Positions 1-13,757 of a stretch of 64,000 nucleotides of DNA are shown one piece after another. A program made the translations under genes and the position numbers. The stretch is from Octopus vulgaris. Taxonomy: Eukaryota. Numbering within the stretch: the first letter of the stretch is position 1; every line of letters starts with the position of its first letter. Location of the stretch: contig OX597814.1 of assembly GCA_951406725.2 (NCBI GenBank), forward strand, positions 209,994,001 to 210,058,000, written 5' to 3'. The notes under the pieces are model-generated. The model made no database searches and was not told the origin of the DNA. It worked only from the letters and a program-made list of their open reading frames with translations.

Positions 1-42
1 GTAATTTCATTCGTTTTAGTGTTCTGCATGCAACGTATTGAC

Positions 43-78
<36 letters not shown>

Positions 79-79
<1 letters not shown>

Positions 80-289
80 GGCGGTGACCTGGCAGAATCC
101 TTAGCACGCTGGACGAAATGTTTAGCGATATTTCTCCCGTCAGTATGTCTGAGTTCAAATTCCATTAAGGTCGAGTTTACCTTTCATCCTTTCGGGGTGG
201 ATAAAATAAATACCAGTGAAACACTGGGGTCGATAAAATCAACTTATCCCCTCCCCCAATACCGCCGCTCTTGCAGCAAAATTTGAAAC

Positions 290-291
<2 letters not shown>
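79..291 (+). mobile_element. SINE, family A (GGCGGTGAGCTGGCAGAA head; CCTTTCATCCTTTCGGGGTCGATAAA core)
   Basis: Clear similarity to copies at about 19447-19830, 35662-35891 and 41556-41770. It has a B-box-like gagttcaaattcc and is flanked by (TTA)n. Confidence 0.85.
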
Positions 292-339
<48 letters not shown>

Positions 340-395
340 GTATCATTATTATTATTGTTGTTGTTATTATTATTATTATTATTATTATCATTATC

Positions 396-430
<35 letters not shown>

Positions 431-485
431 CATTATCGTTATTATTATTATTATTATCATTATTATTATTGTTATTATTATTATT
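292..485. repeat. (TTA)n/(TCA)n trinucleotide microsatellite
   Basis: Directly visible. It produces the poly-N/I/L artefact ORFs. Confidence 0.95.
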
Positions 486-2059
486 GAACATTTTATTTAT
501 TCTTTTTGATAATTCCATTTTTCGAAGTTTATTGCTACTGGAAACAATACTATACATTGCATATGTCGAAAAAAGCGGGTCTTCCTTTGCACACGTCCTT
601 CAAGATCTGATTAATTTCCCAACTCATCTGTATGACCCTAACAAACTGGGTGAGATCTCCTCAATTCTCAAGGGATTATTCCACTTACCTTCACAATCGA
701 GCCATCAACCATGAAATACAATACTGATCGACTGTGTTAATATTTAGTTCAGATTGCAAAGCGTCAGCCTTTTCTCTATACTTCATCTCATAATAAGATT
801 TTACACACGACTGAATATCCTTAGTACTGATTTCATTAGATTTATCCCAACGTTATTTCCGAAAGTACCGTATTCGAAATCCACTAAACAGCAGTTTAAG
901 CCAAACGTAAAACTTAATTGGGGCTTATTTTATGGACTATGGAATGATGACTGGCTAAATCGTCCACGATTCCGAAGATTTTTACCAAATGATCTGTCTT
1001 CACCTTTGGAGCCATTAGCAATATTTATAGTTCTAGAAAGCTTAAGCGCATTTATGTTAACTATGCCAACATTATGAATTGGTTCAGAAATCCAAAATAC
1101 AAAGTGTATTCATTATTGCCTTTATACTAAGTTCCTGTTTAGAATACATTATTGATTTTCGTTGTCGTTTGGAACATAAGTGGAACATGTATTAACGATA
1201 AATAATATGACGTTATTTGTGGAGAACATGATTTTATAATTCTCATATGGTGAGCAATAATTTAAAAGTAATTTACTGTTTTACTCAAAAGCAAATTCTT
1301 ATATATCATAGTTTATAACCAGAGCTTGCATTAGACTCTAGGATGTTTAAAAAAACTAACTTCAAACTAGGAATAGAGGAATAATATTATTCTGGTCTCC
1401 ACATGTTCGTGACTAGATTAATCTAACACAATATACGACATTCTCTAAAAATCGTATTTCATTTATTTTCTTTCTCTAAATGTTTTACATTATGCAGCAA
1501 CATAGTTATAGTTTTCCAAGGACCGTATTTGTTTACATTGCTTAACGGAAGAATCAGAAAAAGTAATAACAAATTCCTGAATTAAATAAACCGTAGGTAA
1601 CTTCACCATGGTTGGTTCGAACACACACACAAACACCCACCCCACACACAAATGTGCAATAATAACGGGAAATGTGTGCCGACTATTGGTGTCAGGTAAT
1701 GATATTTACCACGGTATTTAAAGTGAGCCAAAACAATATTGTATCAGACGCTGCTGCTGAAACGATTGATAGAATAAAATATTTAAAGAAAAAACCTAAT
1801 AGACTATTTTATGATTAATGTAATCACTAGTTGATTCTTAAATATTTTCATTTAATTTTGGCAATCTATTTCTTCCAGATTTTAGAAAGAAATATAATGT
1901 TATTGTTGTCTGACTTATGGTAGATTCATGTCAACCAGAGAAGGATATAATACGTCTATACCACTATTCGATAACATACTAACATAGTCGATCAGTATTA
2001 CATTGGTACTTACCACAAAATTAGATATGGTACATTCGCATTCCATACATGAGTGTGTA

Positions 2060-2111
<52 letters not shown>

Positions 2112-3241
2112 AATACATATACATACATTCACATATATATATATATATTTATAAATAAATACATATACATACATTCATATATATATATATATTTATTTAT
2201 TTATTTATTTGCATTGTTATGTGATGGTGACTATTGTGCTTAAATTATTTTTATAAGAGTTGAATATTTAACGATGAAAATCTTTGAAACTGTTAACTGT
2301 AGAAATATCCACGTGGTTTTCTATATTTTTATTAATTTAACGTGAAACAGGCTACAGTGAGAAAATGTCTTAATCAATTGTTTAATGAATATATCTATCT
2401 GTTATCTATCTCCAACTACCAGGTGAAGGAAGGAGATTAAAAATAATTTGTCTGGTGCTACAATAAATTAAGCTTAGCAGAGAATCTGAACTCATAATAT
2501 ATGATTTATTTTTACAAGGTGTAATACATGCATAACTGAAAACTTATATATTGTTTCCAGATATCATATGCAGTAAAAGTTGACAGATAGAATTCTATAA
2601 TTAGACATTCACTTCCAGATAAATATATATCAGGGAATGCCTGACTTTTGTTATTTGCTACAAAGATCGAAGCAAAGTGCTGTTATATCTCATCGTGATT
2701 CATCGTAGTTCAGGTTTCTTGTCGATTCCTGTCAATATGACAATAAAGAATCGCAGACAAGGGTACCTTTAGTAGTATTGTTACCAAAACAGCGTCAGAA
2801 TGTAAAACGTATACCGTAAACATTTAAGTGTAGCAGATCCATAAAGGATAGTTATATATCAACAATATGTGTGGCTGGAGATCTATTTATAAAATCGAGA
2901 GAGCTAAGCTTGAAAGCTGTAGCAATTTCTCACACAAATACTAGTTGAAAACTATCTTAGTAATCATGGGCTTCATTTGTGTCTTCAGCAAATGATATAG
3001 CTGTGAAAAATCTATATATAGAATATTTGTTGCGCTTCTTATATAGACACATTTATAAACACGATCTATTTCATAGTCACCATTGCAATTGCAAATCTTA
3101 CGTTTCGTATATATATATATGTATATCTAAAAATATGTATACACACGTATGTCTTGTCGAATGTTCTCTATTCTGTGGCGTTGGTCTCGAGTTATGTGAA
3201 GGAATCAGTGGATGTATGATTTAGAGGAGATGAGTACTCAC

Positions 3242-3783
3242 CTATGAGAGGTAGGACGTCCGATGTCGGTGGCATCTTTTCGGCCACTATCATTAAAAAT
3301 ACAGTCATGGACAGAAGTGTGGTAATCCCCATGGATATTTTTTCTCCTGAATCAGATGGCATATAAAAGCCGAGCAGAGCCACCAAAGTTATTAAGATAC
3401 AGGGCATGACCATGTTGAACAAATAAAAAAGCGGGCGTCTTTTTATTAATATATGATAGTGAATAATGATGTAAGGTTCCTCGCAGCACGAGAAACGAAC
3501 GACGTGCCGCTTTTGTTGAAAGCCGATCAGGGACCACTCTGAATTTTCGATGTAGTTTGACATGTCCCCATTGTCTTCACCGTTGGTTAATATATTAACT
3601 TGGTATGCGTCGTACGTCCATGACGCAAATTCCATGGAGCAGTTCTGTTCGTCGAAAGGAAAAAACTTGACATCGATGGAGCATGAACTCTTGAAGATGA
3701 CCATGGACAACCAGGTGACGTTTCCCTCGCTGGTGACTATCACGTTCGTACTGATGGACGATTCGAACGCCTTCACGTCAGCA
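3242..3783 (-). CDS. Internal coding exon of a pentameric ligand-gated ion channel, nicotinic acetylcholine receptor alpha-type subunit (alpha9/10- or alpha7-like); covers the end of loop A through the Cys-loop, loops B and C, M1, M2 and the M2-M3 linker
   Basis: Translation ADVKAFESSISTNVIVTSEGNVTW...CSIDVKFFPFDEQNC (Cys-loop)...SWTYD (loop B)...FSCCEEPY (vicinal Cys)...RRPLFYLFNMVMPC (M1)...DSGEKISMGITTLLSMTVFLMIVAE (M2)...PPTSDVLPLIG. Acceptor cttttactcttcag|T at 3784/3783 and donor ATAG|gtgagt at 3242/3241. GC content is higher than the flanks. Confidence 0.96.
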
Positions 3784-4287
3784 CTGAAGAGTAAAAGAAT
3801 TGATGCAGTAATAAGCGTGTTGTTGTTGCCTCATAGATAGTCATGCATGCATGCATACATGCATGCCTAGATACATACACACGTACATGATACAAACAAA
3901 CAGAGACACACACACTTACACCTAGTCAGCTGGAACTCATCGCAGTGTTTAACATATCAGTCCACATGCTTCTATAACTTTTTCAGATCGTCTATTTGAT
4001 ATAAAGTGTATGATGATATTAGATTTAAATGCAAATGAAATGACTTAATATGACTTTCGTATTAACATCAGTTCTTTCTAATTAGAATTCCTCAACTATA
4101 TTTAATTGAACGGTGACAAGAATATATATTAATGATGAACAAATCTAATCTGACTACATCCACTAAGGATACCTACTTACAGAAAAATAATAATCTTTTT
4201 AGTACTACTTTCAGTAGTCAAATGTGTACATATATATATAGATGGGTGTGTTATTCTATTACGCGTTTTGTGTTTAAACATACGTAA

Positions 4288-4322
<35 letters not shown>

Positions 4323-4323
4323 A

Positions 4324-4379
<56 letters not shown>

Positions 4380-7300
4380 TATATATTACACACATGCGTT
4401 TATATACAGCACACATACACGTCTTCACATTTACAACATATATGCGTTTGTGTATGTATTGTGTGTGTGTGTGAAAACCTGCATTTTTACATCTTTGCGT
4501 AGAAATTATTTAATTTTTGTGCTTGTGTGTGTCATTGTAAATGTATATATAATAAACATTCATGCACTCACGAATATACACATACGGCTAGTATACGCAT
4601 ATATAGACACACATGGAGACTTCCAGTTAAAGTAAAGATGTTAATCTTCGAATTTAAATTTAAATTGAAATGTTCCAGAAAATTGCAAAAAGCAAGGGAT
4701 TTCACGTTCGTGTAAAATATATCTTTTACTGCATCATTCTATTTTATTATAATCTTTATTATAAAGGCATATAATTTGGTGTAATGCAAATGGGTCTCCC
4801 ATTAATTATTACGGCGACAAAATGACTGAATATACTGAAGCTAAAGTTAAAATATGAAAAATTAACCAAGTATTTAAGAATATAGAGATTTAATATATTA
4901 TGTGCTGTCATAGCTGGAAAAGCAAATATTTTGTTCGTAATTATATGCTTATTAATGTTGCCGTTATGTCGAGATATCTGAGTGACTAGATCTTCCTTTT
5001 ACAAGCTATGTTTATTTCAATCATAGTCAATTAACAGAAGTAAGTCATGATCTAAAAGTGGAATATTTGTCATTATTTTTAGAAGGCAGCTAAATGTCGA
5101 AAACTACAGTGTGAGATGTAAAATATGAAAGGTTTAAATCTGAGTCTATGTCATAAGGGGTCTGCAGATGTTCGTAGGGGTGAGAAGTATAGCTTATATC
5201 ACAGAAATTTTAACCCAGTTCGTGGAAAGATTTAACTAAATGCTGCAAGCTATTTCTTGCGACAGTATGCCTCTCCACTATCATGAAACACCTATTTACT
5301 TAAGACTATTACAGCTTACAATGAATTTGTGGCGTTAAAAGTTTCTCTGTAATTTATTTGATGGAAATGCGAAGAAGTGCGCCTTGAAGTCTCAATTCGA
5401 TGGATCCTTTCATCGATTCAACTGCTTACAATTCCCCTCATTAGCGTGAAATATAAACGCCTCAATTGTATTTCTAATCAGTTATGAGTTTTGAATTGGG
5501 CCATATTTATAGAGTACTAATATATTATTTTTACTTTAACTCCCTTAGCCTTAATATTTTGTGGGGAAAAGACGCTTGTACTAATGTTGAGGTCTATCCT
5601 AAAGGATAAGTCACTTGACTACTATCTACTGACAACCTTAAAAATCAGAATGTACAAATCTGTAGAATGATTTTCAAAAATCCTTGTGTAGATTTAACAT
5701 CATTATTGCAGAACTTCTCCGCAAATGTTTAAGTTGCAAAATACTCGTATCTGATGTCTATCTAACTAAATGACTAGAAACTGTAAGATTCACATAAAAC
5801 GTTTTTGTTTAACGTTCTGTTCTCAGAATAAAAAAAATCACGAAGTATCTTATTTTGTTTCTTAAAACTATTATAGTTTAAAAATAATTAGTATTTCATC
5901 TTGCTGTGATAAATCCTTCAATCGATAATTTTTTCAAACTCTAAATGATACAGAAACCAAGAATGGTCGAATTTTTGCACATCAGACGAATAGCTGTGTG
6001 TGCGAGAAATTTTATATTTTGCACTCAATTTTGTATTCAATTCCATAGCAATAAATACTCAATAATCCAGTAAACCTATGTTAAATTATGTCCAATTCAG
6101 CAGAAATATTTACCCTTGTCTCATAACATTCCTGACTGCTTTTGATTTAAAGCAGAATTTAGCTCAAATTCAAACGTAAATGTCGACACAAGAGGAGCTG
6201 TACACTACAAAACTAACCTTTAAATTATTTCGGCTGATCATCTATAAATGAACATGAGAAATCAAGAAATTCACTTCAGTATCTGAGCACTTTCTTGATT
6301 GTTATTTATTTGGACAACTCCGTGAATAACTTGTGAGTGAAGTACATACAATACTTTGTTGAACTTTTTCGGCATACGATATTCATTTCTATGATAATAG
6401 TTTGGCTTTTGGGAAAATTCTATTACTTCTTTCCCTAAAAATATTGCTTCTATTTCAGAAACAAACATTAAAAATCTTTTTGTGGTGCACAGAATTATAT
6501 AGCATAAAGTCCTCACTCAACCATCTAAACGTGGTTTTCATCTGCTGATGCAAATGTCTCCTGATTTCTGTAATAGTTTGCAGAAAGGTGTAAACGTCAC
6601 AAATGCATTTTTTGTCACTGCCATTTATTTATTTCATGTTCATTCACTTGAAAGGACACGAAGCTTATCTGTTAGATCTAATACCGATATTGCTAGAGAA
6701 AAACAGGTTATATGAGCCATAAATCAAGTTGTACCTCTACATGGGGTTTAAAAATGAGTTTATGCTGTATATATTTTCATTTATTCTGCAGATGCGATTG
6801 GGAAAGATTTTACTCTGAAATATATGTTTCTCATATCGGAATGTATATTTTACAATGTGCAGCATAAGTGATAACTGTGGATTTACAAATTCATAAATTC
6901 AATAACAGCTCAGTTACTTATATATTCTTCGAAAATTTGTATCTCATGAAATAGACCTCAAGAAATTTAGTGAAGTAAAAATGTAAACTTCAATCATTAG
7001 ACACGTTCTATTCAAGCGTTAAGTATTAGGACTAGGTGACAGCAAAGATATGTTAAGCCTTTAAATAGCTGAAGACGTCTTTCCTCTTTTAACGGTTCCA
7101 CAGGGAGGATAGTGAACATTGGTCCCCTAACCAATTATTGTACTGAGAAATATTTATAACGAAAAGAGGGTCAATTAAATGGCTGAAGCACCATACAGTT
7201 TAAAACTACCTTAATTAGTTGACGGCTATGAAAACAAATATGGAAACTGCGTCTATTCCAATAACACGAGCTCGTGGTCATTATTCAAATCATTTTACAT

Positions 7301-8341
7301 AATTTCCTGAAAACAAAATCCCAATTTCATACAAGAGATATAATCATTTGGATCTATATCACTATACGAGATGTAACCCTTTAGATTAACCCCATTATAT
7401 TGCTGGTGACTATGTATATCATCCAAGCATTTGTACATTTAAATTATTTACTTTTAAAAGGGTGGAATAACTTTAATATATTTCGCTGAAAAATATATAT
7501 GTGTTAAATTGTGAGAAAGATCCATCAAGCTTTATATCTTTGGCCAGCAAACTACCATGATTAAAACCAAAACACGAAACAAATTGTAACAAAAACTGAA
7601 GAAAAACAGTTTTGGGAAGACAAATCTCTAAGAAAACAATTGCGACAAATGGAGAAATATCCGGACTAGAACTCAGCACAGTAGTAAGTAATGAACCACC
7701 CTCGTATTTTACGGCGTTACATAATAACTATCCATAGGCTATTTTTATTGCCGGATTCAGTGTAAGTTATATACATTTGCAGCTGTAGGTTACAAATATG
7801 ATATATTGTCTGGAGAACGGTACACTTTAATAGATTTCCCCAACTTTTCCCAGAAAAGCATAAAGCTTCAATATTGTCACGAACAGTAAACTCGTTATTG
7901 TGTAGTATGTGAATCTGAAAAAGCATAGGAACTATTATAAATGAAAAGACAGTCTCCAAACAGGAATGAAATCGAAATACTAGATACACCCACGTGGAAG
8001 CTTATATTTTAACCTTCTTTATTCGCTTTACAAAAATCAACATAGGAAACTCATAAAGGTATCGACGTTTCATTTGTTGATTTATATATTTGAAATACAA
8101 CTATATTATTTAGATATACATGCACCTTATATAACAAATATATATATTTGATATATGTTTCCTACATGTTGGAAATACGATTATGTTATAATGCATAAAC
8201 GATACCTATTGATAAGAATACACACATAAACGATACCTATTGATAAGAATACACACACACATACAGATATACACACAAACAAACACACGCATACACACCA
8301 ATTTATATATTAATATAAATAAATTTCTGTCTCTCTATTTA

Positions 8342-8444
<103 letters not shown>

Positions 8445-8686
8445 TGTGTAAGTATGTATTATGTATGTAGGATTACAAATAGCGATATTTGCTGACGTTT
8501 ACATATCTTAAATATATACTTTAATACGAATGAATAACATTTTCCCGTTTTGTATTGTTATCATAGAACAAACTATATACATATACTCTTTGGATATTGT
8601 GTAACAAAAAAGTACGCACATACGTAATTGTAAGTGCACACACATACATAGAGATATACATATCTTTATCTGTATATGTATATATG

Positions 8687-8726
<40 letters not shown>

Positions 8727-9273
8727 CTTTCATAAAAGCCAGGTTGCACATAATATAACAGAACAACTATTCATTTATAGAAGGAACACCTAACATGTAA
8801 GGGGGGAAGACACCGGCTCACACATGGCCAAAAGGAATGAAGTAATTTCAATAGTAAGTTAAATAGAAATACATACGAAAGCATAAAAAAACTGCATGGG
8901 TCCCACACATACAGGAACTTATATACACTCATACAAATACACACATCAAACATACCTTGCAACACAACGCACATAAACCTTGCATACGTAATATATACAA
9001 AGGGAAAACTTGCACACATGAATTAACGTACAATATACCGTTTAATATAGAATACATGACAAGCATATCCACCTACATAAACGTATGTATCAATATATGT
9101 GTGACGTGTATATATATATACATATATATGTGTGTGTGTGTGTGTATATGTGTTTGCGCGTGTGTGTATGTGAGTGTATATATATATGTTATAATTTAGA
9201 ACAAACAGTGAGCTGTCATTATATTACTCGGAGTTTCAAATGTCGTCAGCTATCATGTTTTTGTTTGTTGTCA

Positions 9274-9321
<48 letters not shown>

Positions 9322-9346
9322 CATATACATATATATATATATATAT

Positions 9347-9377
<31 letters not shown>

Positions 9378-9746
9378 AATGAATAGTTACATACATGCAT
9401 ATACTACATAAATATGCCGATTTATATATGTATATGTATATACATCTATGTGCGTATGTATACATGTAAATATATATGTGTTTATAACAATGTATGTATC
9501 TAATTCTATACATATATATAGATATGCGTGTGGCGTGCATGTGTGTGTGTGTGTGCGTGTGTGTCTGTATGCGCGTTTGCATGTATGTCTATAATCCCGA
9601 AGAATTTGATAGGTACGAAATATATTTCTTATTAGGCCATAACACAAATATTGAATAAACGTAGGAAAATAAAATATAAGCCCATCATATTTTAATATAT
9701 CAGGCAATGATGTAAACTTCATAATCCATTTATGATATGTATATAT

Positions 9747-10082
9747 GAAGGCGCATGGCTCAGTGGTTAGAGCGTCGACCTTACGATCGTCAGGTTGTGA
9801 GCTCGAATCCCGGACCGGGCTGCGTGTTGTGTTCTTGAGCAAGGCACTTTATTTCACGTTGTTCCAGTTCACTCAGCTGTAGAAATGAGTTGCGACGTCA
9901 CAGTGGCCAAGCTGTATCGACCTTTGTCTTTCCCTTGGATAACATCAGTGGTGTGGAGAGGGGAGGCTGGTATGCATGGGCGACTGCTGGTCTTCCATAA
10001 ACAACCTCGCCCGGACTTGTGTCTAGGAGGGTAACTTTCTTGGTGCTATCCCATGGTCTGTGTCGTGACCGAAGGGGGTCTC
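9747..10082 (+). mobile_element. tRNA-derived SINE, family B, near full length
   Basis: A box tggctcagtgg and B-box-like gctcgaatcc, then gtgttgtgttcttgagcaaggcacttt. Ends in a long (TA)n tract. A decayed inverted copy lies near 50250-50540. Confidence 0.85.
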
Positions 10083-10087
10083 AGATA

Positions 10088-10198
<111 letters not shown>

Positions 10199-10769
10199 GT
10201 GTGTATTTGTTGGTTTTTTGTATGGCATCTTCTGTATATAGAATGGATAGAATGGTAGATTGTGGAATTGCAATTCCCATTTCATTGTTTGTATATCTAA
10301 ATAAGTTTGTATATCTAAACAAATACGTAGACTGAACATAGCGATATTAAGTGTAGTTCAGATATATTTATTACTATATCATAGTTCGTGCATGAAAATG
10401 TGCCTTTGCACAAGCATGAAATTAAATTTCTTACATCATTTTTAAGTAGATTTTCCAATATTTACATATTGCATAACATACTTTTCTAGATGCTCACTTT
10501 TCCAAAATAAGAAATTGTCTTAATGACGTGTAGGGAGACTGTATTTCGTTATGCAATCATATTATACTACAAACTATATTAAACGTATTTATAAGTAAAA
10601 TGGAGGAGATTATTTGAGATACAATGTCCTCTACAGGAATTTGTATATCTTACAGATCTGATGAATGCAATAGTGAAATCATGTATTTCATAGTTTATCT
10701 ATATGTTTCTTCTCATTTGGCTAACCTTCTGAGAAACGTGGAATCTGAGTAGTTTTATATTAAAGAGAT

Positions 10770-10951
10770 GAGGAATTATGTCCATTATTTACATCATCTA
10801 TATTTGGAGGATATCTGTCTATCTCTTGTTTGTTGTTAACACACCGTTTCGGCTGATATACTCTCAAGCCTTCATCAGGTGTCTTGGGGAAATTTCGAAC
10901 CTGAGTTCTCATTCTTAAGGCATTTTTCGATATTGTTGTTGTTGTTGTTGC

Positions 10952-11049
<98 letters not shown>

Positions 11050-11135
11050 TTACTACCTAGAATCAAACTTGGAATCTTGGGGTTGCCCAGGGCAAATATC
11101 GTCAAATGTAAATGATGTAAATAATGCGGAATCTG
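10770..11135 (-). mobile_element. Penelope-like (PLE) pseudo-LTR remnant with inverted ends and an internal (TTA)n
   Basis: tccattatttacatcat (about 10781) is approximately inverted with atgatgtaaataatgcgga (about 11112). Contains the hammerhead motif at 10838-10884. PLE assignment is inferred from that motif. Confidence 0.55.
10838..10884 (-). ncRNA. Minimal type-I hammerhead ribozyme-like motif (mutated cleavage triplet)
   Basis: Minus strand: GACAC-CUGAUGA-A-GGCUUGA gaguaua UCAGCC-GAAAC-GGU-GUGUU. Stem I is GACAC/GUGUU and stem II is GGC(U)UGA/UCAGCC. Confidence 0.7.
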
Positions 11136-12061
11136 AGGTTTGAGAACCATCAGCCCTGTTGATATTTTTTTCATCCTAACCTTAAAACTTTTGATCTATT
11201 AGAATTTACATGAAGTATTTAGATTTCAATAAATTATTTGTTCATGTAATTTTGTTTAATGCGCATGACAGACATCGAATCTATTCGACAAATAGTCAAT
11301 ATTTATCTTTTGAGCCTCCGTGAAGAACGAGTGTCCTACGAGTAGTTTCGTGGTGGCCTATCAACTACTTTAAGCTAGCACTATGCATAGTACTTATTCT
11401 CACAAAAAGTAATTTTTGAAGAAAAATAATCAGTGAAAGTAAATGTGGTTCACATACCATCGATGAGCCTTATCCTCTGTTCCTATGTCAAATTTTAATT
11501 TATAATACATATTACATAATTCATATTAAGGTCTCATATGTTATCGTGTGTGTATGTTTGTGTGTGTGTGTGAGTGGGTGGGTCGTTGGGCGTGTGTGTA
11601 TGTCGCGTATATGTGGAGTGTGGTATGCGTAACTGCTTTGTGTTCATTTCTAAAATATTTCTGCTTTCTAGAGGAAGATCGTATAAAATCCTCTCTGTCA
11701 TACGTGTTCCAGTTTTAGGTGAGAATAAAAGACTCTGAAGACAGTTTTATACTACCTTGCATACGTAATATATATATATATATATACATTTCTATCTTTC
11801 CTTTTAATATCGCTCTTTATATGAATGCATATGCACAAAGACATCTACCTATATGCTTGTGTATCTGTGTTTCTGTGTATGCATACACACACACACACGC
11901 GTACGCACACACACATACACACACACACACATTCACACACACACACATATGTATATATATATACGTAAAATATATAAGGTAGCGAGTTTTTATTTAAATT
12001 TATTATCAGTGGCCTAGCATGTATAGAAAAGTCAATAGACAGCATATTCTCAATATAAAAT

Positions 12062-12613
12062 ATTGTACATTTAAACACAAGAGAAGCTAATTTTAACAGG
12101 CAGCTTTACACGCTAGAAGAAGCAGTCAAAAACGACCAAAACCACATTTAAGAGCAATTTCGAAAGGAATGAAAAATATAAACTTTTACCTTGTTATTTT
12201 TACGATCATACCATAGGTTTCCAATTTTATTTAGCAAATAAAATAATTTGCCAGGCGAAATTCTCATCAGTGACTGCGCCATAACATTAACATATAATTT
12301 AGACATAAATAACGCGTGTCATCATTATATATGATATTTTTTTAAAAATTCACCGCCCAAGCGCAGTTTCAAAAAGCAGCAAATGAAAAAATGCCGAACT
12401 CATCTTCTGATGAGAATTTCGCCTGGCAAATTATTTTATTTGCTAAATAAAATTCGAAACCTAGGTATGACCGTAAAAATAACAAGATAAATGATTTTAT
12501 TTTTCATTCCCTTCAAAATTGCTCTTAAATGTGGTTTTCCTCATTTTTGACTGCTTCTTCTGGTGTGTAAAACTGCCTGTTAAAGTCAGCTTCTCTTGTG
12601 TTTAAATGTACAC

Positions 12614-12615
<2 letters not shown>
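12062..12615. mobile_element. MITE/foldback element with about 207-bp terminal inverted arms
   Basis: Left arm tgtacatttaaacacaagagaagc...gccaggcgaaattctcatcag (12064-12270) is the reverse complement of ctgatgagaatttcgcctggc...gcttctcttgtgtttaaatgtaca (about 12407-12612). TA flanks. Confidence 0.88.
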
Positions 12616-12683
<68 letters not shown>

Positions 12684-13721
12684 ACATACACACGTACACA
12701 CATACACACATACAAATACATACATATGTGCGTATACGTATGAGTACAATTACAACCCACACACGCATATGTATAAATATATGGTGACATATATAAATAG
12801 ATATGCATTACAGCGTTCAGATACATGCAATACTATTTTTATATATTTCTAGGAACCAGTGTTTCGACTTATGTCTTCAACAGTTCCATACAATTTACCA
12901 CACAGCAGCGTGAGTGCATACGGGGTGAGAAAATATATGAAAAAGTTATATGGATTTTGTGCATAACTCTGATGGTTTTGAAGTACAACATTGAATAAAT
13001 TACATTCGAATATAAACTATTTGTATTTTCATTATGAAACACAACCGCAATAACACTGGATAAACTAATATACTTCATAAATATAAAGAAAATACAGAAA
13101 AAATATTTGTGTGTCTGCTTTCTTTCAAAATATTTGTATTTCTAACATTATTTGAAATTTATGAAGCTATAAATTATTCCTCTATGTTATGCTTTAATAC
13201 CAGTGTAATACCTATTATATATCAAACATAGTCATGTTTGTGGGTTAAGATGTGTATATGTCTCAACTTTAAAAACAATTATATTTTATTATAGACTAAA
13301 CAGAATTAGTTTTGACTAAATGTTTTCTATAGCACTCTAAAATTATACCCTAGAATTAACTTTGTAGAATTTCATTATACCAAATAGACAAAGCATTTGT
13401 AGCCATTGCGAATTATATATTATATAAGTTAATGTAAGCTGCTCTGTTGTTGATTTATATAGAACCGATATAATTAAAAACATTAAATTACAGGCGACTG
13501 TGTGGAAAGCAAAATTTGCAAAATAAAGCTTTTAGAGAAAATGGCCTTTTATAGAGATACATTATTCACTGAGTGATATATAGTTGTGAAAGTATATTAA
13601 AATCACCATTTACACTGAGATAGGTATGGAAATTAAAACAGCTGTTATAGAGAAAGTTAATGTCGAAATGGTAACCAGACACACTAAATGTTTGTACACA
13701 CACTCATACACAGAGACACTC

Positions 13722-13757
<36 letters not shown>

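Noticed and set aside
545-1080. Moderately complex block checked as the possible M3/cytoplasmic-loop exon
   Set aside because: No M3-like sequence, and stops in the minus-strand frames examined. Possibly an old repeat, but unassignable.
3192-3776. ORF-track limits of the receptor ORF (GTG start, tail EYSSPLNHTSTDSFT)
   Set aside because: Splice sites define 3242-3783. The tail is intron read-through and the start is not a real initiation codon.
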